A stretch of DNA of 64,000 nucleotides from Cirrosporium novae-zelandiae (GCA_026023565.1 JAPETS010000021.1:1-64000); one strand, 5' to 3'. Positions 1 to 14,170 are shown, counted from the stretch's first letter. Notes: a model not told the origin generated them from the letters alone. Made by a program: numbers and translations.

Positions 1-227
1 GAAGAAGTTTATTCTAGCTAGCTGGCGAGTAAAATCCCCATGAACAACTATCTTTTTTTTATCTGCAAATCTGCAAATTTGTAAATCGGTAAAGCACACG
101 CTTCCTGGGATACGCTCTTCCCTCCCCCCCCTCCTGAACACTCTCCTGAGCAACTTCCATATTTCAAGTTTAAGCCCCCCCCCCCCCCCTTCCCCCTTTC
201 ACCCCTCCCCATCCTCATCAAACCTCT

Positions 228-2352
228 TCAATAAGGATTCTGAATCAATCCCGAATCTACCAGAATCACACACAAAAAACACGTCAGCCCAATCCAATCC
301 ACCAAGAGTTCCTTTTCAGGGGGTATAAACATACCAACTTGTACCTTCTGCCCAGTCATGGACGTGTTTTTTGCGGTGGCGATGAAGGCGTCAGCGACGT
401 CTTCGAGGATGCTCTGGACATAATGTTAGAAGGAAGGGGAAGAAAATAAAGGGGAGGAAAAACAAACCTCTTGTTTCAAAATCGCTTGCTCTTTATACTT
501 TTTTTGTTGTTCGGGCGTGTATTTGTTGCCCTGTTCATATCGCATATCACACATATGTTAGGAATAGGAAAGGGATTTTGGAAAAGGGGATGGCATTGAC
601 CCACCCATTCCGTATTCAGCAATCCAGGTAAGATGGAATTGATTCTGATTTTTGATCCTTGGGTTGATGCGAGGCATTTCATTAAGTGGAGGCCTATGAA
701 AAAATATAAATAATGGTTAGATATTCTCTCTCTCTCTCTCTCTTTTTTTTTTTGAGGGAAGGGGGGGGGCAGGACTCACCAGCGGCTTTCGTAACCGAGT
801 ACGGCATGCTGCTTCCGCCTGCTGCGACGCCCTAGAGAAAATATAAGAATATTGTTATTATGTTCGTCGCTCTCGATGATGATCGTCTATCTATTTACCC
901 AACCAACCAACCAAACCACCAAGCTTGCAATAAACAATAAATACCCTCTCCCTCTCCATTCCCACAATAAAAAAACACAAACACAAACAAGGAAACCAAA
1001 AAAAATAGGATAGGGGAGAGAGAATACGTACGGCGGTAGATGAAGTGATTAGGAAACATCCACCTTCGGGATTGGAATTTAGGGTCTTCATGGATGCGCG
1101 GTAGAGGTGGAGTTGGGATTTTACGTTTGTGGACCAGCACTTTTTTGGGGGAGGGGGGGTTAGTTTTGTGGGGGTTTGTGGGGGTAGGAATGGCTAGGGT
1201 GGGAATGATTGGGAATGGTTAGGGGGTGTGGATGATTTGTCGGGGTTAATGAGGCGTTATGGGGATGGATGGTTTGGTGTAGTAGGGGTCAATTGCATGT
1301 TAGAGGGGGAGGGTACAGATGCTTACCTTATCCCAATCATCTTCACTCAAGGCGTAAAGGTCTCCAAAAGTAGAGAATTTAGTCCAGCCCTGAATCATGC
1401 GGGTAGCGGGATTGAAGTTAGTATGGGTTATATAGCACGCATATATATACACAAGGGGCGAAAGATTGAGAGGAAGAGAAATTTGGAGATGGGAAGAAAT
1501 GAAAATATAAGGAGAGACTGATCTGGTCTTGTCTTCTAGTCTTCTGGTTTTGATGGAGTACACATGATGCAATGAATGAAAGAAAGTAAATAAAGTGACG
1601 AAATAAAGAAAATCCCTTTCAAGGAGTATATATATATATATATGTATCGTATACCAAGATATAATAGCAAGTCATCATCCTATCTCCCAAGGGAAAAAAA
1701 TACAACCATAGGATGAGCATCTTAGAAAGAAAATGCCAACTTACCGCATTCGATATCACAATATCTAAACCTCCCAAGATATCAATCGCCTCCTCCACAA
1801 GCCGCACGCAGTCTTTTTCGATACCTACATCCTGATTTTAGGGTTAGCATACTACAAATTCCTTTTTTTATTCCCTTACACTTATTCCATCCTATTCCAT
1901 CCCATCTTTTCACAAGCAAGCAAGCAAGCAAACAAACAAATAGATAAATAAATCACTTGACTTACCCCCTTAACAATTCCGACTCCTTTCCCATTCCCCT
2001 TACCAGTCTCCTTCAAAATCCCCTCAATCTTCGCAGCGGTCTCCCGCGCCCTCGGTTCATTTTCAACATAGCTGATCACAACGTTGCAGTCTTCGAGGGC
2101 AAATTTCTCGGCTATGAGGGCTCCTAGGCCTCTTTTATTGTTTCAATTGTTTGTTAGCAGTGGCTTTGGTTGATTAGTAGAAGTATAATTGTGAATGATA
2201 TGGTATAGAATCAAGAAGATGAAAAGGCAAGGAGGCAGAATGGGATATGCATGTTATGTAGATAAATGAATAGCCAAGTATAAAGATAGGGGTTAAAAAT
2301 ACCGTGAACCTCCTGTTACAAGGACTTTGCGGCCCGTGAGAGAGTAGGGCAT
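228..2352 (-). CDS. Short-chain dehydrogenase/reductase (SDR family), about 10 exons
   Basis: Hand-spliced exons read MPYSLTGRKVLVTGGSRGLG (TGxxxGxG Rossmann motif), GGLDIVISNAG, ITSSTAG, YSVTKAA (YxxxK), IRINSILPGLLNTEW and end ...MTGQKVQVDSGLIQNPY*. Introns are GT-AG. ATG at 2352, TGA at 228-230. Confidence 0.85.
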
Positions 2353-3420
2353 TTTTGATTTAATATTTGATTCGGTTGATGTGGGGTTTTTGTTAAGGCT
2401 CCGGAATAACCCTATCCTATCTGTAGTCTTCAGAAGAGAAGACGAAAAAAAATGAGCCTCAATTCTTCAAGATAGTGAGTAAGCTAGGAATCAATGACGA
2501 GGGCAGGACTACAAGTCACACAAATTCAAATGCAGATCCAAATACTCGAGTACCAACATAAGCAAGCATAGACGTAAGCACAAATAAGCACGAACAAAAC
2601 CGTAAATCCTCAGTCAACCAGTCATATGGAAATGAAAATAAAAACACACATTTTGTTTGGTTCTTGTTTTTGCCTCTTTGTTTTCTTCAATCAATTAACC
2701 AACTGATCATGCAGTGACTAATTAACTGACCGACCCACTCACCTTATGCAAATCACATGAAATTGATCGATAAACAAAAAAAAAAGAAGAATCAATAATG
2801 CAGTAGAAACAGACAAAAAAAAAACAGGTCTGATGTGCCTGGGTAACTACCTAAGTGTAAGCTGAAGATGACTTTTCTTAAAACACCGACCGACAGCCAC
2901 CGAGACCCGCAGACCCCGTCAAGTCCGATAGTGTTGAGTGTTGTTGAGAGATATGTAGATATGTAGATAGGAATTTAGATGTGGATTTAGATGACGGAGC
3001 GGGGTCCGATGGACGGATGTAGTGGTAAGTGGAGGCACATGTATGAAGGACTCATGTCATACAAAGGTGGGGTTGATTGTTTTTTTCATACCAAGCACGT
3101 TGAAACAAGCTGAAAGGTCAGTTGGTAGTTTACATATGTACTCCATCCAGACAAGGGAACCTATGGCTTATGGACATGGCTGTAGTTTTCTAAGGACATC
3201 GTACATGCATACGTACTCGAGTACATATATGCATATATACATGCATATCTGGTATCTCGTTATGGTTCCAGCATCTACCTTTACTGTCGGTCTCGGAGCC
3301 TATCGATTAACCTACCTCATGCCTTAGTTACCAACCCAGCGGAGCGGATGTAGTTTGCACAGCATATAAACTAGAACTAATACCAAGGACAACGGCGATC
3401 GCCAGCACCGCAGTGGCTGT

Positions 3421-4964
3421 TCAACCCTCCTCCATGACATCTTCGGCCTCACTTCCCAGTTCCTGTTGCACCAGATCCCGCCCCTCATCTTCGTCATCTT
3501 CATCCTCATCTCCGTACTCCTCCTCCTCCTCATCCTCCTCCTCACTACTTGTCCCACTCCCATCGCTATCCCCATCCCCATCATCAGGCTCATAATCCTC
3601 TTCTTCTTCATCTTCTTCGTCCTGGATCATCTGCTCCGCTTTTGCGAGCTCGCTTTCCGGTTCCCCACCATCTCCATTTGCATCCGCCATTTCCCCGTTC
3701 TCACCCTTCTCCTTGTTAACATTATACATTTTAGCCCTTCGTTGCTCCGCTAGACTTGCGTCCTGTAGACCATGTCGCTTGACGTATGCATCGATGCCCG
3801 AATAGTCAGCTTGGTCGACCATTTGGAATTCAATCTCGAGGGCTGGATCTGAGGGGGAGGAGGCTGAAGGGCGAGCAGATATGTTGAGATTGAATGTGCG
3901 TTGGAGGATGGAGGTGTAGGAAACGGAGTCGATGGAGCCAAAGGAGAAGAAAGCAAGAGGCTTTTTGAAGCCCCAGAATATGCCTGTAGGGAGAAAGAAG
4001 AGGAACCCTTTTAAGAGAGGGCGTTAGTTTGTTGGCTAGATCAATCGTGTATAAATAGGCTAAAAAAACATACCTTCTTTGCTGCCTTTGAATGTCCTGT
4101 GTGCCTTGACATGATATGCCTTCTCCCCTCTCCGGTGCGCTTGTTCGTTTGCGCTTGAAAATTCTTTTGCATCTGGTGTCAAGACTTTTATTCCACTCGC
4201 CTCAAATAGGGCCTCTCTTAGAAATGTCTCATACGTTTGTGCTGCGTCTGGCGCAGCAGGGGTTTTCGCATCTGCGCCTTGGAAAGCGGTTTCTGCGGGC
4301 GCATCTGGGACGGTGAATACAATCGGATCAGCGGTCGACGTATTAGGGTCGATGCCATCGCTATTATGGGGAAAAATTATAAAGTTGAATGATCGCTGGG
4401 CCCGCTCAGGGACGGGGACACAAATGATATATTCTGTATCAGTTGATAATTAGCCTCTAAAGCTCTATCTTTTCCACAAACTCAAATATCTTCGAACGGA
4501 AGTAACACGTACGTATATCTGTATAATTTATTGAGGCCTCCGTATCCCCTGTCGTTGGATTTACCACCCAAATCCCAGCCTTCTTAAATGGTGCTCGTAG
4601 TTCCAGATTCAGCTTTTTGCGCACAGGGACGGAGAATGATATCTGCTTGACAGTGTATTCTGGTATCCCAATCTCACCATTGACGGGATTGGAGGCGTGT
4701 AGATCGATAACTTTCCTCCTCTTTGTGGGAGGTTCATCATTGGCAGAGGGGCCATATTTCAAGGTATTGGTGTAGGAGGCAATGCTCTCGAAAAGTTCTT
4801 CATATTGTGGGGTTTGTTCTAAGATTGGCGATTAGTTGGCGGTCCCAGATGTCTGTTGAGCCAACAACAAAATAAAATGATCACTTACGGATAGCTTTAT
4901 AAATTCCCTTTTTAATATCAGGTTTCTCGGCGAAAGCCTTGTCGAAAAGAGATTTATTAACCAT
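3421..4964 (-). CDS. RTT106: Histone chaperone Rtt106
   Basis: Spliced exons give [49 protein letters not shown] and [34 protein letters not shown], followed by a long acidic tail. ATG at 4964. Confidence 0.9.
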
Positions 4965-5926
4965 GTTTCCTGGAATTGGACTGGATGGCTAAAAACATGG
5001 AGGAATTTACATTTATTAGAAAATAATAAGGTAAGGAGCAGGCGTTGTTGTGAGATACAAAGTACCAGCTGAGACTTTGCGAGACCGTTGTTTGGTCCCT
5101 ACTGGCGAGAAGCTCAGGCAGAAGGAGGAGCTTAGCGCTGTTTTCCGCACCCACACAGTACTTTAGTACTTGTAGAGTTGCGATAAGCTCCAACTCAGGG
5201 TCCATTAGTTTCACGACCGCTCTGCTTTGGAGTTTGTCATAGTTTAATCTCCTATTGGATCGATCCGCATTATTACATGGTCCATTTCATATAACTACAG
5301 AGTACATACAAGGTATAAGTAGTCGAGTCGGCGACTCAAACCAGCCTTCAGGAGCTTGGCTCGAAAACTTCGCCGCACCCTATTGATACGTTCATCTACT
5401 TTCTACAATGCCAAAGTTAAAATACAATCAACGGAAAAAGTATTTGATAATTACTGATTCCCACTCGAGCGCTCCTGATGGCTCCTACTCCTAAGACTGC
5501 GCTGCACTGCTTGCTTTCAAGCCCAGTTCCCAGCCGCCAATGAATCTTGATGGTACAAATGAAAGAGATTGACTGAGGACCTGTCAGCAACCCGATTATC
5601 CCCTTATAACAGATGTCTTGATCCACCTTTGCAAATGCTCTTGAACTTTTTTGGTTGCTTGTCCCTCACCTATCCGAAGTCCGTGGCAAAATAGTTGAGA
5701 CCATAAAACACACCGAAGAAATTCCTAGCCAAGCAGGTGTGCTTCCGTCTGTCATCTCAACCACTCTGTCACCTGGTATGGTTTAAAGCACTTTTCTTTA
5801 TCGCAAGATTCTATAAGAGTACACAGTGGCCTAGCCGCATAAGAAATAACGGGGCCGTGAAAGTCATAATCATATCATCGTAGAGGTTGTGATATACACC
5901 GAAACAATAGGTATCGAGATTAATCG

Positions 5927-7617
5927 TCAAACTGTATTGTGACGGACCCGTGTCGCTCGACCTATTAACACACTGGTATTATTCTTGAATTCGGACCAGA
6001 ACTTGATGAGTTTCCGTTTCTTGGATAGTGATTGCGGCGAGGGAGGTGATACGACATCCATTAACCCAACAATACCCTCATCGCCCATTTTAGGGAATTT
6101 CCCATCACTGAGTGGATAGTGCAGGGTTGGCATTTTCGCAGACGGTTCGGAGTAGAAATTATCCAAGTCGAAGGTGTACAATGCATTATCCTGTTGACTT
6201 AAATTGTAGGCGATGAGGTTGTTCTGCTCTTTCCATTGTCCATTGATTTCCTTCCACTTCTTTTGCGTTAGGTTGTATGTGTTTGACGTATGGCCATAGT
6301 TCTCAGCAACTATGAGCTCATGTCTAAAGTATCGTTTCTTGGCTAGTTGCCAGTTATCTCGAAGTTGTCGAAAAGACTCCAGGTCGTATGACTCTGGCGT
6401 ATAAGGTTCCGGGTAGATGAAGAAATTAGCATGACCAAGCTCCTTTGCCCACTTATCATCCGGATCCGAAATCTTGAGAGGAGGAATGTCATTTGTTAGA
6501 GTTATTTGCAAATCCGGTTGGTTGCGGACAGACCCAAACGAGGGCTTCGAGGATAGAGGAGGTGAAGGAAGGCTAGTTGAGGAATGATAAAATTCTGCTG
6601 AACTTTTCATGCTAAGAGCTTCAGAGACATCGGCAACGGTAGGGGACTGCAACGGAGACTGAATATAGTCGCGATGCGCATAATCGAACGGATCATTCAT
6701 CAGTGGTGGTAACAACGGGGTCCGAGGAAGGGGTCCAGGTTCATCCTCGCCCGACTCATCTGCTTCAGACATTTCGATTTCAATTGGAACCTTGTGCTCG
6801 GGTTCATCAAACGTACTTCGAGCTGGTGATGCCGGTGAAGGAGGAAACTTTTGCCCTAGTTGAAGTTGAGCGGATCCAAACATTGGACTCCTTCCAGATG
6901 AAGGTGAGCCATTTGCGAGTAATATTCTCAACCCATGTTTTGGATTCGTTGGAGATTGATCTCCGGTGGTTCTTCGCTTTCGTTTATGAGAAAGGGACAG
7001 AAAGTGGGGACCAATGCGCGAGGTCACCTCAGGGATGGGTGAATCCAACACTCTGCGCTCCCGCACACGAGAGCCGGATAAGATGGGCTCCACATCAACA
7101 CACTGTCCATTATGAGGACTGTAAGCGCCTAAAGCAAAAGTATCCAGTCTCAGATCTTGTTGAGAAATTGTCGTAGGGGCTGTAGAGGATTAGTCGACGA
7201 CCTTTGGAAGCGCAAATTTGTTCCGTGCAAGAGCATGAGCAGCTTACGTTGAATGAGGTTACCATCATCTGAGGCATCCATACTGGCATCCGGTTCATGA
7301 GGTTCCTCTTTTACTTCGGTCAAAGGTCTTCTCCCGGTTCCAAACAGCTCGCTACATGATCCTAGACTGGGAGAAGAGGTCAAAGAGGAAGTTGAGCTTG
7401 GAAATCTAGAATGCGCAGGTGAAAATGTTGACGTGACTGGAGAGGGAAAGTTGGAGGAGGAAGGGGACTGTGAGGTGGGAGTGGGAGTGGTCAAGATTGA
7501 TTCCAAATGATCCAAGTCCAAATCGGAGCCCAAACCCATAGATGGACCATAGAATTGACTCTCAGGATTCCTGGCCGCAACAATTTGGGGGAGCTTAAGC
7601 TCTCTCAGTTCGCGCAT
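5927..7617 (-). CDS. Ser/Pro-rich fungal hypothetical protein (2 exons)
   Basis: ORF 7150-7617 joins ORF 5927-7093 in frame through an intron (GTAAGC at 7247, CTAAT branch, CAG). The C-terminal blocks D.W..LGHANF.I.PEPY and GKFPK.GDE.IVG.M look like a conserved Pezizomycotina family (from recall). A probable 5'UTR intron lies at about 7875-8012. Confidence 0.75.
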
Positions 7618-10600
7618 TGTGAGAGAATTATAGAGTTGAGCTTTGGACGATGGGAAAGTTTAATCGCAAAGTTTAATGCACCTGTTGCATAGCTTTGGTG
7701 TGACGTGATGGTGACAGTGAAGGTGATGTTTATGGTGACGGTGTGTACCTTCAATAAGTGCTTGTGGTCCTGTGTAGTCCTGTGGTTCTGTGTGCTGCCC
7801 TATGTGCTACGTGGCGGGACGTGCGTGGAATAATTCATCCAAAGAAGGGAGGACTGATAAGATGAACAACAATTCTATCAGAGAAATGTGTTGTCAGCAA
7901 TTTTGCCGCTCACCACCTTTTTTATTTGCATTTTTTTTTCCCAGACTTATCGGCGACAGCGCATCCACTTTATGCCATGAAGCTGAGAGCGGTTAAAGTT
8001 GGGACGACTCACCTCTGGATCCAAAGTTTCATCCAACCTATGGGGGGGACAGCCTTTTTTTTGTTGATATCAGTTGAATATCAGTAGGTATTGGCTGAAG
8101 AAAATGAGGTTGGGGGAGGGAGACGGGTTTTTAGAACAATTCGGTTGGAGCCTCACAACTTGCAGCCGTTGCTGTCAAATAATGAAGTATTCGGGGCTTA
8201 GAGAGGGAAGAAGGGATTGGGACGTTGTAGGGGGAGGGGAAGGGGATGGGATTAGATAGAAAGGAAAGGTTTGTCAGAAAAGAATAAAGCATTCGGGGCT
8301 TGGGAGGTTGCATGTGTGTAAATGCAGGACTGTTCGACTGTTCACTTCTCTTGGTTCCTCCAGGTTCTCAAGCCCTTTAGGATCTCAGGGCTCAACAAGA
8401 GATTTCCTTGGTATGGCTGGTATGGCTGGTATGGCTGGTGTGTTATGGCCGGTAATGGCTTGGTTTTAAGGTAGCCAAGGGCCTTAGGTATCCAGGTAAC
8501 TTTGGTAAGGATTTAAGTATTTAATTAATTCTTACACAAAAAAGAAAAAAAGATACAGTACCAAAGTACCAAAAGTACCACGTACACAGCGAGTATTTCC
8601 CCTTCTGCTTTCATTTTATCTTCTAGTATGGTAATTATGTATGTGTATGGTAGTGCATGTAAACTAATGGGTAACTAGTTGACTCTGGATATGTGGGATT
8701 CCTGGTGGGTTGACAGATGTACAGTATACATGTACATGTACAAGTACAAGAAAGCAGAAATTGTTCCTGGACTTGCCCATTTCGGGTAATGCATTCACAG
8801 GGTACAAGTGACTGGAGAGCAATAATTAAAATATGAATATGCATGGGGATAATAATAATGTCTACATAGTCAAGAGTCTAAAGGGTCTAAAGGGCCTAAA
8901 GAGCCTAAAGAGCCTAAAGAGCTTAAGATCAAATTAAAATTTCTCCAGTTGAACGGGCCGAGGAAGTTCCTCATAATTAGACTAATGAAGTCTACAATCC
9001 CGACGGGCGTAATTGGACTCTGTGGATACCTATGAATGAATATGTGAAATTCAAAAAACAAAATAAAAAAAAATTGCCGAATCCTAGAGATCCCCCAACC
9101 AAATCCCCTGCCAATTTTCCAAGAGGAAGGATCACTTTCCTTTCCCCGTCCAATTGATTATTTGTTTTCTTAATTGAATATGCATCCAGCGTTATTTATC
9201 CCTTGTCCCGTACCTGAAGTCAACCCATTTTCACATAATCATCATCATCATCCTCATCCAGGGAACACCTCGCATGCATCCTCTAATCCACCTCAAAAAA
9301 AAAAAAAAAAAAGACGCCTCGACCTATTTCAGGTCCGTGTCTTGATTATTCTAGCCTTTGACCACCTCCCCCCCCCACAGACCTTTCCTCATCATAACTC
9401 ATCTGAATCTGGCTAGAGCTCAAATGAAAAAGATGGATCAGCCAACTACTGTATATAGATCTAAGACATAACTTTACAGACATCATACATCATACATCAT
9501 ACTGTTTCTTCTGCTATTTTTTTAAAAAAAAAAAAAATCAAAACATAGTTGGAGGTTTCTCTTGCATGTCTTTGCCCCCCCCTCCCCCCCCCATTCCTAT
9601 TAAATCTCCCTTTGCAATTGTGATATATACCCCGATCCATGGATTCCATTTTACTTTGGTATTCCTGTTCATCATCGATCATCGCAATTGCAATTATGCT
9701 TTCAATTTGAGGTCCTGTCATCCCAGCTATTGGGATATGCTGCGAGTTGTAGACAACTCTGCACGCGAGAGTGGCCCAGCCACTGGCCACCCATGCAATT
9801 GCAGATGTTGGGATATACAAAGGGGAATCAAAACTTGTACGTGTCCAAAGAGGGAATCATGTGCAGGTCCTTGTGGGACACTTACAGCCAATCCAAGTGT
9901 TTGACACAATCATCTCCCGGGGCTCTGCCGCCTCTCTCCCGCCATCTTGTGTAGCCAGTTTCTGACCATCTCACACTGTGGCCGAACATATCCTGTCAAA
10001 GGCCTATATTTTGACCACGCGCTCTCTTCTGTTCGACTCTGAGACGCCATGGCGATTGTACATCAAGTACTTCAAGTAAGACACATTCCTCCATCGCTGT
10101 AAAAACATCAAAGCAATTCCATCTCTTCAAAAACTCGATCCAGAATCAAGATGCTGTAGTAACCAAAGCACAAAAAAAAAAGTCATGGCCATTAATTCTA
10201 GCGTGTACTTCTCAGAACGTTATTATGGCTCTAACATGTGATTGTCTGCATCTTATTTATTGCATCTTTCCGCCTTGCAGAATTCTCGGACCAGGGTCCC
10301 CTCCCTGTGGCGCCACGTAGATAGTAGATAGCAGATAATGGACAATTATCATTTTTCTCCTCAGGTTCGCTGCGCAAAATAACAGCAACTGTTTAGTGTG
10401 CCATTCCACCGGCAAACCTCTTGTTCCATAAAAACAATCCTGACAATTAACAACCCTAAGTTAACCAACCAAGCTGTATGTAATCAATATCAATGAAACC
10501 AATAATTTCTCGACCCTGGGAAGGTCTCGAATTCATCCGATCATCAGGTTCAGGGGATGAGCCTCAACAGCCTATCGTCAGCATACGTGCAATGCAAATT

Positions 10601-11953
10601 GAAGCACTGATTGTGCGCGCACTGCCCAAGGTCCCTTGGGTGGCGGTCATATTGCATCCTAGATCCTTGATTCTTTTTTTTTTTGAACAAGTATTCAAAA
10701 ACGCCAAAAAGCATGTCGATAAGAAAAGCTGCCCAGAAGCAATTGTTGCCATGCAGCTTTGGTAGGCTTGGGACTGAGCTGGCGGGGAGACAATCGGACT
10801 TTCGATCAAGTTGTTGCTCGTTTGGAAATGTTCAGACTAACTAATTAGACTAATGGTAATGTATTTTGCAAACCAAGGTTCCTGTGATAAAGGTATTGCA
10901 ACGTCTCCAATCTTTTGTCTGTATCACAAGCTTTTTGTTTCTGCAAATGGTCATTTCAGCGCTGCAATCATCTAAAATTTCAATCACCGTAAGCTGTACT
11001 GATGTTCAACGTTCGGACATATATAAATTTTGGTGAATTGACCGAAGGATTAATATGAAAGGCTGGCCTTCAGCTGATTCGGCTTTACGTAAATTACGTT
11101 ACATCCCTGTCTAGCACTCCCACAGAGAGAAAATAAAATCGGCTTTTCGTAAGTTTCAACAGGCTCCAGAGTTCAGACCTTCATTGAAGCATGGAATTGA
11201 AGAAAAAATTCCGGAAGTAAAAAGATCAATTCCGCCGTGGAACCATTTGAAGGCTAATTATAAATGATTTTATTCGGTTAGCGTTGAGGGGCTTGTCCTG
11301 TGGAGATGTATAGATACTGCACAAGTAGTTTATGTCATGCATACTCCGTATCTGTGGTGGTGCTTGACATTGTTTCAATAATTAACTAACTATTACTGCT
11401 ACCAGGTATTCCCAGATTAATCGCAAGGAAGAGGCTTGATTTCATCAGCTGGGCACAGGAGAACTCTAGGTGGTTGGGATACTAGGCTTTTTGATCGACG
11501 CGGCACTTCCAAGTGGCCACCGATGACTCCCATCTCCCAGGGATCATCTCAGGAGTAATGATATATGCAGCTATGGTCGAGCCAGAGGTTGGTGCAATCT
11601 CTAAATATACGCCAGGCGGTTTTCCGGCCGTTGGGGACCGTTTAATATGCCGCGTGAGATCGAATATGGCTTGCACCTCAGAACAGCAGTGAACCTACCA
11701 CGGCGCGTGGGAAACGTTGCTGTCAACATCATGTATATGTCAGGAGCACATCATGATGGCGGGTCGGTTATTCTGGCCATGCGGCTTTCAGCAGCAATGA
11801 AACATAGATCATGCGCCCTCCAGAAGATGGAGCTGGCTCCTGATCACAGACCAAGGATACACACGGATAATTGCTTGTGTTATCTAGTGACTCGACCACA
11901 AAAATTAAGGCCTGAACGACATAGATGATACAGGATGCAGAATATTCAATGGA

Positions 11954-14170
11954 CTAAAGCCAAAATCTACTCCATATCTCTCTTTGCTCTGGAGTTCCCC
12001 GGAACTTACAAGACAGAGTCAGCACGGTGCGAGATTGAATGACCACGGACAAGCACCTACTTGGAAATCGATCTTCATGATATCTTCAAATCCTTCCTCA
12101 AGCTTGGGTTCTGTAAATCTATATGCAAATCCGGTGAAAGCCATTGCGGGCAGGGCCGTGCGTTTCTCGGGGTTCATCTATCCAACCAAGGGTCAGCAAG
12201 ACTCGAAATGCCTAGATTCACAAGACTAAGCGATATTGATGGTGCATTATCTAGAATTCGACTTTGTTTTTGAGCATCGTAGCTCAAGGCCAGCTGACAG
12301 AGTAGTTGAAACAGCAAGCTCCAGTTGACTCAGAAGCTTCCCCTGACATGCCCATCCGCAACGGTCAGCTTCGATCAAGAGCTGGTATTGTTTTCTAGCC
12401 CTATCCTGTCGAATATTTTCTCAATGCATTTCTCAATGCAGAGGAGACACGGATCCAGGACGATGGAACATGTCTTTGTAGCGATTTCAATGATTCTGCC
12501 AGCCAACCTAGCTGTCCAAACATAGAATCAAGTGTTTGCCCAATCTATTGCAGTCGTCTCATAGCTGCACGAGTCAAGGAAAGGTATATCTTCATTATTA
12601 CTTACTAGATCTACATTCAAGGCTCGAACAACATCGTTATGTTCACCAAGGCCCACAGAAGCTGTGAAGTATACACAACGAACTGGGATTTTAAGTTCCT
12701 GTGCCAGCTTAACCCAAACGGACCGCGTGGCAAGATCTGCATTGGTATTATCTACAATAGGTCAGTATGAGATAAATAGGAGTGATGTTTAGGATCAGGG
12801 GTAACACACCAACAACAACAGCTTTGGCATCTGAGAGACAGAGTTTTGCCTGCTTAACACACTTGTCTCTCTGTTTGCTGTTAGTAGTGATTCTAAATGC
12901 AGGCTTATTAGAGACCGTACTGATTTAAGAGTGTCTTGGTTAACACGCTCATAACCAAGGGGCTCCAAGTAATTCCAGTAAAACGTTGACTTGCCAGCCC
13001 CAGGACTGCCGCAGAGTATGACAACCTCCACAGGATGCTTCTTGATGAATTGCACTAAGATTCAAGGAATGTTAGCGTGGGACAAAATGTGATATGTCAT
13101 ATCAAGGTATACCTGGCTCTGATTCGGTGACCTCCGTGTTCAGGAGATCCTTCGGATTGAATTTCCTTGTAAATGGCTGAGGTCGTTCTCCAAGAAAGAA
13201 TTCTTCTGGTGTCTTGAAGACTATCCCAATGTTCTCAGCGAAGTTACTGCAAAACGTCAGCAGAAATTAATCAATTTATAAGATCCCTCTTTACCGATCT
13301 GAACAGGAAAAATCAGCCTTCCTGTCGACTCCAGCTGGCCTACCGCCAGCATCTCCAACCAACATCGAGTTATCTAGATCAACTCCTTCCCCAACATCAA
13401 GATCATAGTCATCAAGCATCTCCTTCCACATTCCTAACCGAGGTTTCCGGTACTTGTCTCGTTGTGTCGCAGCATATACAGATATCGGCAAATCTAGCTG
13501 CTTAAGTACAGAGCCAACCTTACTCTTGAATTGCGTAACCTGTCTCTGGTCGCTTTTCAGGCTTTGGGGTTCGCTTCGGAGACTGATACGTCCTTGATTG
13601 CTGACTATGATAACCTGGAAACTGAACCAAAGTCTAGTTAGTAAATTCTATCATTATATTGGACATACAAGCCGATAAGGTCCGTCTCATACCCATCATT
13701 GTAGAGGTCTTTTAGAGTGGCTGGGATTTTGCTATGCCACCACTTCCAATCCGCTGCATCTTTAGCAAATTTTTTGCCAGAAGATGGTTTGATCAGCGTA
13801 GAATCCTGGTCCTATTTAACACCCGTATCTTTCATTTTTGTTGCTCTAGGGTACCAACCAGATCGAAGGCAGCAATCTTACGACGCTTCTTTGGGAGGTT
13901 TGTAATTATGCTCGTATTTTTGGGAGTATATTTGCCTACGAGCAGGCTTTGGTCCACTATCCTCCACGCCACTGGCTCTGGTTCTTTTTTCGAGACGGGG
14001 GTGAAAAAATTCGCGACCGCTTTTCCTAAACATCTTGGTTAGCAATCAAGTAAATGAGCATTAGTATTTCAATAAGATATACTTGTCGTAGCGGATTCCA
14101 CTTTCCTCCTTACTGATGGAGGTGAAACCGAACTGTCCGCTAACGGCAAAGGGCGTTTTTCCGCTGGCAT
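11954..14170 (-). CDS. pnk1: Bifunctional polynucleotide 5'-kinase/3'-phosphatase (PNKP)
   Basis: HAD phosphatase motifs (SNQG, YRKPRLGMW, VGDAGGR, DFSCSDR), kinase P-loop CGSPGAGKSTFY, YERVNQD and DNTNAD. C-terminal exons read MNPEKRTALPAMAFTGF...FRGTPEQREIWSRFWL*. ATG at 14170. Confidence 0.92.
12178..12605 (-). ncRNA. Long (428 nt) structured intron of PNKP; candidate intronic H/ACA snoRNA or splicing-control element
   Basis: Several stems are visible by eye: UGCAUU-GAGA-AAUGCA, AGCUC/GAGCU + UUGAU/GUCAA + GAAGC/GCUUC + UGAC/GUCA, and UUGAGC/GCUCAA. An ANANNA box (AGAAAA) lies between the hairpins and an ACA follows the last one. Confidence 0.35.

Noticed and set aside
1837..1848. TTAGGGTTAG, telomere-like or telomerase-template-like sequence
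   Set aside because: It is the GCTAAC branch point of an SDR intron on the minus strand, and only 1.5 repeats long.
9977..10049. B-box-like GTTCGACTC (10031) followed by ...CGCCA, resembling a tRNA 3' half
   Set aside because: The T-stem is mismatched, and no D-arm, anticodon arm or acceptor stem could be built.
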